DNA of 64,000 nt. Source: Octopus vulgaris (lineage: Eukaryota). Under the pieces are notes generated by a model that had not been told where the DNA came from, did no database searches, and worked only from the letters and a program-made list of their open reading frames with translations. Each line of letters starts with the position of its first letter. The first letter of the stretch is position 1. Both the position numbers and the translations under genes were made by a program. This document shows positions 26,191-38,810 of this stretch, one piece after another. The stretch lies in assembly GCA_951406725.2 (NCBI GenBank), contig OX597831.1, positions 65,782,001 through 65,846,000 on the forward strand, given 5' to 3'.

Positions 26191-26921
26191 TATATATATA
26201 TATATGTGTGTGGAAGTGATAAATACTAGAAGATACTTAGTAATATTAGTAACATTTCCTAACTTACTTGGCTTAATATTCTGTTTAGCCCAGTGCTGAT
26301 CTCTACATCCCTCAACTGTTTCTGTTTGCTAAAACTTGCTAATCCACATAAACCATACCCCTTTGTTCCTCTTATCATGGCTTCCTTCTTTATCTCTACT
26401 CTCCATATTACACACTTGGTTTAATCTTTTTCTTTTCCCCAGAAATGAATCCATCTTCATTTCCTCTTCTAAATTTTAGCTTCTGAGAATTTTGCTTTAT
26501 TATTACGTAATAGACTAAAAGTTTGGTGGAATGAGATATACTGCATCTGGTAGGTATCTAATTTCTCTTGACTGTTACTTATAGATAAGTAGTCAAAGCA
26601 CACCTTAAGATATATAGTAGTTGTTGTAGTTCCTGGTTATATCTGATCAAACATACCCATGATCAAAGCCTTCCAGCCAAGACCATTACGACTTATTTTC
26701 AAATAATGTCTCCAGGATCACATTGTCCAGTGTGTTCCTCCTTTTATATATGTGTAGCTTGTGTGGAAATTCAGCCACTTTTCTAACAGGTTCTGCAATC
26801 ACAGAGGTTCTTACCTGTTGGCCTGGGATAACACACCTGATATTCTTGGTCTCTGGTTAATAGTTCAAATAACACTGTATGCTGCAGTTTTAAATAATAA
26901 TAATAATGAAATTATTGTATA

Positions 26922-27110
26922 CTGTGCTCAGGTGCACCACAACAGTGCTCAGGTGCACCACAATAGTGCTCAGGTGCACCACAACAGTGCTCAGGTGCAC
27001 CACAGCAGTGCTCAGGTGCACCACAACAGTGCTCAGGTGCACCACAACAGTGCTCAGGTGCACCACAACAGTGCTCAGGTGCACCACAATAGTGCTCAGG
27101 TGCACCACAA
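26922..27110. repeat. 21-bp minisatellite x9 (CAGTGCTCAGGTGCACCACAA) derived from the CR1-like LINE 3' end
   Basis: Unit and its left flank AATGAAATTATTGTATA match 5674-5711. Confidence 0.92.
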
Positions 27111-28899
27111 CACTATATATCGATACTATAGTTAGTAAACAGCACCATATATTATAGTTAATAACACCATATAATATGATTAACAATGCAATATACTACA
27201 ATTAACAGTTGAAACGACTCCATATTACAGTTAACAACACTATGTACTATTAGTTTACAGTTCAAACAATGCTGTATACTATACTTAACAGTTGAAACAG
27301 CTTTATATACTTTAGTTAACATTATATGCATTGTTAATTACTCTACATACTGAAGTTAACAGTTCAAACAACACTACAGATAGCAGTCCAAAGAATATTA
27401 CATACCATTGTTAACAGTTATATACTATAGTTAACAGTTCAAACAATATTATGTACTACTCTTTCCTTCAGTCTGTCTTGTTATAAAGTATAAACATAAT
27501 CCAAAAGTGCATAAAAGTCTGTGAGGTTTTAGATCCTTTCAAAGTTGATGGAAAAACAGTAAAGAACTGACATTAGCAGTTAGTTTCTTTTACTTTTAAT
27601 CATATATAGTATAGTAGACTCTCCCATTCCGGTGCCCTGGTTAACTTACAGAAGAAACATTTTGTCTGGTGCTTTACACTGTTTGGCTATCTACTCTCTT
27701 AGTACAAGTGTAAAAATATTTCAGTCAACCAGTTTGTTAATAATAGTTCTAGTTTACCTGAGTCATCACATGACCTTCATGTATCCAGTTATTTTCTTGA
27801 TTCTAATTAGCCATTCAACATATGATTAAAATTTTTTATTTTATTGTGATATCATCAATTTCCTGTGAATTTACCACATGCAACCTACTACAAGTGTGAA
27901 GTTAAGTGGAGGTCTTCAGCTGTTGATGGCTGTGGCTAATATACTACAGCATGCTCAAGTAATGCACTTTAGTAACGATGACCAGGTAATTATAAGTTAT
28001 GAGTTCAAACACTGTTGTTGGTGTTGCACTAACCCTAACCTTGTCAACATACTGAACTGTCCTATTCCATGGAACCGACAAGAAAAGATGGTATGCCTAG
28101 ATTTATTATTTGCTTATACCTGTCATATAAAAATAAGTAGGATGCATATGTAATAGGGTACTTGTGGACATCTTGTGTCCCTAGCAGCAGATGACAGGTA
28201 AAAGCTAAATAATCTTTGAGGCTTCAGACACTACACCCACTACTACTAGGTATTGGTCAGCTCAACTGCTGGAATTTGGTGGCATCCATGTTTAAATTTA
28301 GATTATCACTTCCTGCATTAATAATTTAGATCACTAGCTTCAATAAAATAAGAAAATAAATCAATAAAATAAATGCTAGTATTATGTTAGAACAAAGACT
28401 ATAAACAAAAACCATTTGGAAAATGAGGAGATGGATGTTGAAAGATTAGCTTAAGCTTGTCATTGTTTTTGCCTGTTCAGAAAAATGTCCAAGTTTCCAG
28501 ACAAGGAATATCAAACACAGAAATAAAGATTAAACAATATTGAGCAGTTCCTAACTATTTGAACCGTCAACAAAAGAGGAAAAAAATTAGTAATTTTTAA
28601 AGAATAATTTTTGTTTTCATATTCTTTTTAGAATAACTTTTATTATTATATTTTATAATGTAATTATTACAGGTAATGTGATCATGATTCAGTAAATTTA
28701 TGCAATATCAATGAGATATCAAGTAAGTTAATGTATTATATTGTTATAGTGTTGAACAAAGCTTTACTTTGTTTCAAGTTAGGAAATATGTATATAGATT
28801 AACCACTGTCAACAACTATACAGCAAAAAAATATAATTTCTCACTATATGGATTCCCAATCCCCCCCCTCTCTCTCTCTCTATCTACCTCTCCATCTCT

Positions 28900-30230
28900 C
28901 AAACATACACACATACATAAAAGCATGTATATTCACATACTCTTACATATACTTACTTTCAATCACACACATATTCACACACACATACTCACATGGAAAT
29001 ACACACGTGCTTATAAAAGCTATTCTTGTACATCACACCTCTCCACTCACAACACACACACACACACACATACGTCCACCTACCACACTACACAAACACA
29101 TATACATCGCACACACACACACACACGTCCACCAACCACACTACACAAACACAAATACATTACACACACACACACACACACATCCACCAACCACACTACA
29201 CAAACACATATACATCACACACACACACACACACACACGTCCACCAACCACACTACACAAACACATATACATCACACACACACACACACACACGTCCACC
29301 AACCACACTACACAAACACATATACATCACACACACACACACACACACACATGGACACGTGCATACACACACATACACACAGACATTCTGCAGACAAGCA
29401 CCTGCCACACCAGACAGACACATGCATATTACACTCAACACAACACACACACACATACATCTACTGCACACAAACATATGCACAGAATACTGTTTTCCGT
29501 GTATATGTGTATATGTATATTTATGGTTGGTGTATGTTATTGAGGAGTGTATGTGTTGTGTGTGTTATGTGTTTGAGTGGCATGGGAGATGTGTGTATCT
29601 GTGCAGGATGGGATGATGTGAGCGGAATGTGTATGTCTGTGTGAGCGTGTGGACTGAGTGTATATGTGTGTGTGGAGTGGTGTGTACAAGGAGTGGTGTG
29701 CGTGTGTGAGTGTGTGTGTGTGTGTGGAGTGGTGTAATGTGTGTGATAAGTGTATGTGTGTGTTTGGAGTGTGAAGTATATAGATGGAGTAAGATGGTAT
29801 GTATATGTATGTATATGTGTATGTCTGTGTGAGCGTGTGGACTGAGTGTATATGTGTGTGGAGTGGTGTGTACAAGGAGTGGTGTGTGTGTGGGGTGGTG
29901 GAATATTGTGTGTGGTAAGTGTATGTGTGTGTTTGGAGTGTGAAGTGTATAGCTGGAGTAAGATGGTATGTATATGTGTGTATATATGGAATGCTGTGTG
30001 TTTGTGTGTGGTTTAGAGTGCGCAGTATGAATGTGTGTGTGTGCATGGTGTGTGTGTGTGTGTGTGTATGTGTGTGTGTGGAGTGGTGAAATATTGTGTG
30101 TTTGGAGTGTGAAGTATATAGATGGAGTAGTTGGTATGTATATGTGTGTATATGTGGAATGCTGTGTGTTTGTGTATGGTTTAGAGTGCGCAGTGTGCAT
30201 GGAGTGCGTGTGTGTCTGTGTGTGTGTTTA
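28900..30230. repeat. Bipartite complex repeat: CA-rich half (about 55-bp units) then TG-rich half (about 190-bp units)
   Basis: CGTCCACCAACCACACTACACAAACAC units at 29072-29340; GTGAGCGTGTGGACTGAGTG units near 29641 and 29829; polarity switches near 29490. Confidence 0.9.
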
Positions 30231-30450
30231 GTGGTGTAAAACTGATCATATATTTTCGAAACACCTACTGGTACAACAAACAGTGTAGTTGGCTATTGGC
30301 TGACACAGCTGTGAGAGACTACATATATTAGTATGTGAATGTCCTATGTCAGCCACACACAGAATATTTTTGTAGCACATGTGACACAGTCACTTTGTCT
30401 CTGATGGACAAATGATTGCTTTGTTCATTTCATTCAGGTCCAATGGATCA

Positions 30451-30621
30451 ATGAATAGGTTGTGGGATTCTACGCTAAGGAGAATGGGGCACAATTATAG
30501 CATCCATCAAAGCACTACTGCTGCAGCTACTGTTGTTAGTGCTGCTGTTACTGCTGCTGTTGCTGCTGCTGCTGCTGCTGCCACTACCACTGCTGCTGCT
30601 GCTGCTGCTGCCGAGCATTGA
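30451..30621 (+). other. Upstream ORF with (GCT)n poly-Ala tract in the putative 5'UTR
   Basis: MNRLWDSTLRRMGHNYSIHQSTTAAA...AEH*; lies after a possible acceptor TTTCATTCAG at 30437. Confidence 0.35.
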
Positions 30622-30754
30622 TTGCCTGCACAAAACTAGACCACTACTCATATTTCAGAATTTCACTGAGATTAGGTGGTTTTTTTTCATGCACAAATAG
30701 TAATTATTCAACTCCCCCTCCCCAACCCCTGATTTCTAAGAGGATTTACTATCA

Positions 30755-30846
30755 ATGGCCCAACCAAAAATGCCTCTACGGACAGCGATGTTATCCGTGC
30801 CAGGTAACGAGTCCTTGAGTGCCCGAAGAAGACATTCCTGGATTTG
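30755..30846 (+). CDS. PDE4: Alternative first coding exon of a cAMP phosphodiesterase 4 (dunce-like) long isoform
   Basis: ATG preceded by in-frame TAA (30737); MAQPKMPLRTAMLSVPGNESLSARRRHSWI then TG|GTAAGT strong donor, phase 2; matches PDE4D3 ...RRHSWIC-FDVDNG. The downstream exon is not seen in the window. Confidence 0.72.
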
Positions 30847-33800
30847 GTAAGTTTTTTCCTCTTCATCGATCACTTTTCTGAAGATACCATGCTTTTGCAA
30901 TATCATACAAGTATACTATGTTATAGCTACACACTCTCTCTCTCTCTCTCTCTCTCTGCTACCCTCTCTTTGTTCCTCTTTTCTTTCTTCCTCTCTCTCT
31001 CTCTTCCTTGCTCCCCTTTCCATTTTCTCTCTCTCTCTCTCGCTTCCCTTTCCATTCTCTCTTCCTTTCTCCCCTTTTCATTCTTCATCACTCTCCCTTT
31101 TCCATTCTGTCTCCTTCCAAAGATGCCTGCTGCTAAGTGCAAGCTTCCAAATTATCACTTGACAGTGCATCAGCATGCAGCCGAGGTCTAAATGCCACTG
31201 TCACACCTTACTCCAGCATTGTTTACTTTCATTTACAAACATTACATCTCCCACTTTCATCCTATTACATAAATAACACCACAATGAAGACCCCTGCTTA
31301 TTATATACATCACCTGAATGACAAAGACCCCTATAAGATTCACCCCTCCCCCACTGACACAGCGAAACACTCCAATCCATGCATCACCATCACTACTATA
31401 ACAAAGGACCCTATATATGCCTGCCGCTACCAGAATGACAGACCCTAACAATATACCAACATAATAAAGGAGAAAAATTGAAGCTTTCATTTATTCATAG
31501 TTTGTTTTTATTTTACAAATATCTTGTTCCTCAACATTTCTCCCATTCTGCATATTTGTATGGTTGTGTGTGTGTGTGTCTGTGTGTGAGAATATTCACA
31601 CACACACACACACACATGTTCATGTATGTAGTATGTATGCATAATGTTGTATATAATAAATGCCCGCATATCTATAGACATATACAACACACAAATATAC
31701 AAGATCATTCAGAAGTCCCTTCAGCATTTAAATTTGAATAATATATAAAATTGAAATGTTAAAGGGACATTCTGATCACTGTGTATTACTCATAGACATT
31801 GATTCCTACATACTTTTAGAGATTACACAAAGAATATGCACAGGTAAATGGAAGTATGTACCTTTACCCATGCACACACATACATACACACATCTATACA
31901 CATATGTACATTCATATATATACATATATACATATATATATATATTTATATATATGAAGTATTTGTAAAAATTATCTTTCTGAAACAGTATGTATGCATT
32001 GTTATATATAGTAATTTCTAAAAATATATTCTATGTAAAGTTCAATCAACAGCTACAAACAAGCTGCTGGGTCACCATTAAAATCTTATTGTCATCCATT
32101 GTGAGGAGGAGAGCAAGGCACTCTAGTTGGTCCCACAACTCTCTAAGTTATTGATCATGCTTGACATTTAATAGTAGCACAAGTAAAGTAAGAATTGAAC
32201 CCATGATGTCTTACTAGGAGTTTGCTGTACTTTGTAGCAGTTGCATTTCTTTGCATGTTGCATATATGTACATACAGAAATAATTAAATGTAGGAATGTG
32301 CGCCTGTGTATGCGTATGGGTTTAAGTCTGTATTATGATGTGTGTGTCAAAGCATGCGAGTATGTATGTGTGTGTGTGTGTGTCTGTGTATACATGTGTA
32401 TGTGTGTGTGTATTTGCTTGAGAAAAAATGCTTTTTACTTGTTTATTTAAACAACAATAACTATATAGAGCCGCATGTTGAACTTAGAAAAATGTTGCAT
32501 TTTTTTATATATCCTGTCACAAATTGACTTTAGAGAATATATTTGAAGTACATCACTTCATCCTTGTCCCCAAAACTCCAACTGTACCTATAATTATAAG
32601 TATAAATATGAAACTATAATCCAGTTATTGTAGTTGTATATTGTTAACTAACTATCCATAATTCTTCTTTTTGGTGGCGTTGATTGAGAAGTTTACATCT
32701 GCAGGACATCTGACATTCCCAAGAGTTCGACTTCTTTAGATATTTATTTAGGTTTATGGAATTTAATTTTGTATTATAGGAATGTTCTACAAATGACTTT
32801 GTATTGAAAGTTCCTGATATATTCCATATCGGACATATTTTTGAAACTTCAGGACTATATTTTCTACAGAGCGCATTGCATGTAGTCTCTCTCTTTCTCC
32901 CCGCTCCCCACCACACACATGTATGATACACTTAATTTGGTCCCATAGTTAGATGATGTTCACTGAGTGTAGAACTAGAGCAGCTGAATATATATATAGC
33001 GTTAGATAACTAGTTTTAAAGTCTTGAGTTCAAATTCATTGCAGGTATTTTTTTTTGTACATTTGGACATTTGTGTATTTGTCTTTCAGTTCTTCTAGTT
33101 GTTGGGAATAGATATCAGCTCTTCTGAGAATTCTATGCAAATGAAATTTGTCTTCCGGCTGCTTGACATTTGAAAGTAGTCATAAAGCAGTGATTCTTAT
33201 AAAAGCTCCCTAGGGTTCAGAAAATAATGTTATTTTATATGTTATGATTTCCATAACAAACATGCTGTTGTGAGAATTTCTTTTTAATATTAGATGCATT
33301 CAGGTTTTAATCATTCTGTCTTTCATTAATAATAAATTTTCTAACTACCTCTTGTTCTTGAATTTAAAACCAAAGCTTACAAAAGGTGACTAGCTAAACC
33401 AATTTGAAGACAGAAACAAACTGTCCAGCTTATAGAATATACATCTATTTTTGGTTGGTGCTATGCATTTCTCTTCTAAATCTCAATAAAAACAGATATG
33501 TTTAGCAGTTCTCTGGTTGAATAGCACATCATTATACTTTGAGTGCATTTTTAGGAATTTACTCCTGACTTCTATATGATTCTCTCGTTTTCAAACACCT
33601 CCTCATTGCATTGATTCTCTCCCACCTTGTTGCTTAACTGGTGATATCCAAATAATACCATATGGCACTCAAAACTATCATGATTGGTATGAAGCCTTTT
33701 CTCATTATTTTCTTCTGAAATAGTCTGTCATTATTTCCATGTAAGTTTCCAATTGATGTTAGAATCTTTTGATATCAGAATCCACCATTTGAACATATCC

Positions 33801-33987
33801 TTTATTGTCCACTCAAGCAGGCTGAATACTGATATTAAATGCATTTGGAGAACAGGGTCTTTTTGTAAAAGGAAAGCTTTGGTTACTGTTTTGCTTAGTA
33901 TGGTAACTGTTTATTTATTGATTGAGTAATTGGTTGTATAATAATAATCTAACTCATGCCAGCTTAGGAAATGATGTATGTAAAAAT

Positions 33988-34345
33988 TATGATGATGATG
34001 ATGATGATGGAGGAGGTGGTTGTAATGTTGATGATGATGATGATGATGATAGTAATGGTGGTGTTGGCAGCAGCAGTGATGGTAGTCATGGCAATGATGA
34101 TAATGATGATGGTGTCAATGATGATGATGACGATGATGATGATGACGGTGAGGATGATGATGATGATGACGATGATGATGATGACGACGACGACGACGAT
34201 GATGGTGATGATGATGATCATGATGATGATGATCATGATGATCATGATGATGATGATCATGATCATGATCATGATCATGATCATGATGATGATCATGATG
34301 ATGACGACGATGATGATGATGATGATGATGATGTCAATGATGAAA
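33988..34345. repeat. (GAT)n-rich microsatellite
   Basis: Direct inspection; explains the poly-Asp/Met/Ile ORFs. Confidence 0.95.
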
Positions 34346-34630
34346 TATAGTCTTGTGTGTTCCCACTTATTTCTATATATTTCATTATTGAGAACAAAGA
34401 TTATGGAAAGTCCATAGGCTTTCAGATATTCCTTCATGGCTTGTAGTCCTTCCTCAATTACTCATATGAACATTTGTTACAGCTGAATTCCATTCTAATA
34501 TTATGTGAATTGGTTGTAGATAGCTCAATTGGCTACATTGATGTTTTTGGCATAGATTTCCAGGTCTTCAACAAATAAGCTATGGAGAAAATTGATTTTG
34601 CTTGCCATTTTGGACCCAAGCATATATCCA

Positions 34631-34681
<51 letters not shown>

Positions 34682-34839
34682 GTATATATATATTATATAT
34701 ACTAATGATAAGAGATTTATTGCTAGAACAAGCTGCACCACAAGCAGGCCATATTCTCCTGCAATATTCCTCAAGAGAAGTTTAAAAAGATAAACTGGTT
34801 AGATATCCTTATAAAATGATGACCTCCTATACTACTGGC

Positions 34840-35370
34840 AGATCTTTTCGGTTTGAACGGCAGTTTTTAACATAATTTCTAGGTAACTAAAAAATTTTAA
34901 ACTTCGTATACTGGTAGAATGTGTTTATAAAACATCTTTTTCTCTTACAAACTATAGAAAATTCTATAGTTTGTAAGATATTTGTTGTTTTTTTTCTTCA
35001 ATTTCTGCAATTTCAACCAATCAATGATGTCTATTGAGTTAAAAAACATTCTGTGCCGTATGAATATGTCCCTTGTTTAAGAAACAGATTGGGTTTATTT
35101 ACATTTGTGAAGAAAAAAAGATACCCTTTCCCCCACCCTTAACCCTAACCCTAAAACAGATTGAAATGCAATAGATCGATACTAGGGTCATAATCATGGG
35201 TGACAATTTCATATGACACCGCTAGAAAAAAACTGTACCATTTTCCCCACCCCTAACCCTAACCCTAAAACAGATTGAAATGCAATAGATCGATACTAGG
35301 GTCATAATCATGGGTGACAATTTCATATGACACCGCTAGAAAAAAACTGCTGTTCAAACCGAAAAGATCC
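34840..35370. mobile_element. GGATC-TIR MITE with internal duplication of about 110 bp
   Basis: TSD CTACTGGC at 34832-34839 and 35371-35378; segment CCCCACCC..TAACCCTAACCC..CCGCTAGAAAAAAACTG present twice. Confidence 0.9.
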
Positions 35371-35677
35371 CTACTGGCTTATTATAAAGTCTTTAGTCTA
35401 TTTTCTTGTTAAGTTTCTGTCAATCCTTCCTTAGTAATGGTTTGTACTTTAGCTGGTGATACACTGAGTTGCTATGTGTTGCACTGAAAGTTTTATCATC
35501 AACTGCCTTATTGAATTGACCGTAATACATGAGTAAGTTGTGAAACTATTTCAGAAAACAGATTATTATTTGCATATTCCTTGTACATTAATTTTCCATG
35601 AATTTTCTTTTAAATTTATACTAATTTAATATTCTTTAAATTCATTTTAGTTTTAGATCCATAGTTTGCAATTCATT

Positions 35678-35915
35678 ATTCTTTTATTCTTTTACTTGTT
35701 TCAGTCATTTGACTGCGGCCATGCTGGAGCCCCGCCTTTAGTCGAGCAAATCGACCCCAAGACTTATTCTTTTGTAAGCCTAGTACTTATTCTATCGGTC
35801 TCTTTTGCCGAACCGCTAAGTTACGGGGATGTAAACACACCAGCATCGGTTGTCAAGCAAGTCAAAGGGAGAAACACATACACACACATACATATGCACA
35901 CACACACACACACAT

Positions 35916-35952
<37 letters not shown>

Positions 35953-36113
35953 CGACGGGCTTCTTTTAATTTCCGTCTACCAAATCCACTCACAAGGCTT
36001 TGGCCAGCACGAGGCTATAGTAAAAGACACTTGCCCAAGGTGCCACGCAGTGGGACTGAACCCAGAACCATGTCGTTTGTAAGCAAGCTACTTACCACAC
36101 AGCCACTCCTGCG
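35678..36113 (-). mobile_element. SINE family B
   Basis: Match to family consensus. Confidence 0.9.
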
Positions 36114-36514
36114 CTTTGATGAATTTTTTTATCGAGTATGAGCCAGTATGTGTGTGTAGGTATATGTGAACATGTGTGAACTCACACACACAAAGCTATA
36201 CTCATCATACTCTCTTCTAATTCTTGGCCTTACTCTCTCTCTGATGATCTTATATGACATTTACGCTGAACAAACGTGGCACCACAAAAACTGTATTTCT
36301 TTTATTAGGTCCACAAAATACTTGAACTCTGATCATTTTTACACTGGAATACTGTTCCACTACTGACACTCACCACTCATATTCCCGTTAAATCTTCACT
36401 CAGCAATATTCTTTGATCATTTCCCTCTGTTCTCCCTGTTTCATCTACTCTTCAATGTTCACTTACTGAATACTTATTTCTTTACTACCCACAAGGGGCT
36501 AAACACAGAGTGGA

Positions 36515-36890
36515 TACCAACCACATGGTTCCGGGTTCAGTCCCACTGCGTGGCACCTTGGGCAAGTGTCTTCTACTATAACCTTGGGCTGACCAAAGCC
36601 TTGTGAGTGGATTTGGTAGACAGAAACTGAAAGAAGCCCGTCATATATATGTATATATATATATGTATGTGTATGTATATGTTTGTGTGTCTGTGTTTGT
36701 CCCCCTAGCATTGCTTGACCACCAATGCTGGTGTGTTTATGTCCCCGTAACTTAGCGGTTCGGCAAAAGAGACCGATACAATAAGTACTGGGCTTACAAA
36801 GAATAAGTCCCGGGGTCAATTTGCTCGACTAAAGGCGGTGCTCCAGCATGGCCGCAGTCAAATGACTGAAACAAGTAAAAGAGTAAAAGA
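36515..36890 (+). mobile_element. SINE family B, head missing, preceded by a family D tail fragment
   Basis: Begins at TACCAACCACATGG; 36474-36512 is ATTTCTTTACTACCCACAAGGGGCTAAAC (family D 3' end, minus strand). Confidence 0.85.
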
Positions 36891-37651
36891 GAGAGAGATG
36901 ATCTCTTACATTCAGTCCATCTCCACATTCAGGTGAAACTGCTTATTATTACAGAACTAAGTACATTGTGTGTGTGTGTGTTGGTGGTGGTGGTGGGGAC
37001 TGTACGTGTGTGTGTGTGTGTGTGGCCAAAACTTGAAACACCAAAACAATTCGCTGACAATACTAGATTATGGGTGGGTGCAGACATGGCTATGTTGTTA
37101 AAGAAACTTGCTTCCCAGCCATGTGGTTTCAGTCTCACGGAGCAACACCTTAGGCAAGTATCTTCTGCTGTAGCCACACATTGACCAAAACCTTGTAACT
37201 GAATTTGGTACACAGAAACTGAAAAGAAGCCTATCGTATATGACTGTGTGTATATACCATGTATGTATGTTTGAGTATATAGATATTTATATACATATAT
37301 ATTGTGTACATATATGTATGTATATATGTATATATATATATATGCATGTCTGTGTCTGTGTGTGTATATATATATAGTATATGAATGTATGTGTGTGTAT
37401 TTGTATATATATATATATATAAATATATATATATATAGTATGTGAATATATGTGTGTGTGTTTGTATGTATATATATATATAGTGAAGGGAAGAAATGGA
37501 ACCGAACGAAGATTTTACAAAATTCCTTTATATTATTTTCTACACATGGTCGTAACCTCAACCGTGTCTTTTCTGGTGTGATTTTTGCTACACAGGTATC
37601 GGTTAAATTTTGAATAATCCGTAACAAGATAATTCATTTATCCATTTCATA

Positions 37652-37695
<44 letters not shown>

Positions 37696-37696
<1 letters not shown>

Positions 37697-37755
37697 TTTA
37701 TTTTAAGCAGCAGAAAATTCAACAATTGTTGAATTTTCTGCTGCTTAAAATAAAG
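37696..37755. repeat. Perfect 60-bp palindrome
   Basis: CTTTATTTTAAGCAGCAGAAAATTCAACAA|TTGTTGAATTTTCTGCTGCTTAAAATAAAG. Confidence 0.95.
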
Positions 37756-37979
37756 CATATTACTCTACCACTGGTATTTGAGTACTTTTTTTTCCACCTT
37801 GTTTCACATTTATGTGTTTACTCCGGTATATATATATATATATATATATATATAGCATGATGATGATGATGATATATATATATGTATATACAAACACACA
37901 CACATACATTCATATACTAAATATATATATATATATATATACACAGACACATACATGCATATATATACATATATATATA

Positions 37980-38030
<51 letters not shown>

Positions 38031-38399
38031 ATATAGATTTCCTCATGTTCTCGTCTAACGACCTGCAATGTTTGTTTTCATTTAGTTTCCTTGTACGTCT
38101 CCAGTGTCTTGTTTTCATTCCCAACTTTGACCCTCCATAAATCCCAAATTCTTTGACCCTCCATAAATCCCAAATTCTATTTTAGAGTTTATGGGAGCAA
38201 CTGTCTTTGAAGACTCATATTGTCATTGAATGCTCGAAATGAGGAGTAGATAGGCAACCAAAAACTGATGAAGGGTCGTTTCTCTGTGTTTACTTGTCCT
38301 GTTTGCAATTATTTTGTTCTCGTTGTTTGCATATTTAACTCGTTTGCTTTCATATTTCCCATTGTTTACATAGTTGGTAACATCCTGTACCCATATATG

Positions 38400-38401
38400 C
38401 A

Positions 38402-38453
<52 letters not shown>

Positions 38454-38615
38454 TATATATATATACACACACACACACACATATATATACATTATTTATA
38501 TATATACATATATATATTTTATTTAAATATATACATACATATATATGTATATATATATATGTATGTATATGATATGTAAATATATGTATGTATATGTATA
38601 TAATAATATAAATAT

Positions 38616-38650
<35 letters not shown>

Positions 38651-38810
38651 ATGATATGTATATGTATGTATGTATATGATATGTATATATATGTGTGTAT
38701 GTATATGATATGTATATATATGTATGTATATGTATATAATAATATAAATATTATATATATACACACACATATATGTATATATATACACATATATATACAT
38801 ATATATATGT
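38400..38810. repeat. TA/TATG-rich microsatellite field
   Basis: Direct inspection. Confidence 0.95.

Noticed and set aside
26922-27110. CRISPR-like array (also 20939-21093 and 343-636)
   Set aside because: Contiguous tandem units without unique spacers, no cas genes, eukaryotic context
28769-30200. Long His/Thr-rich ORFs up to 291 aa
   Set aside because: Translations of CA/TG repeats, open in several frames on both strands
33922-34437. Poly-Asp, poly-Met and poly-Ile ORFs
   Set aside because: (GAT)n microsatellite with no supporting splice or domain context
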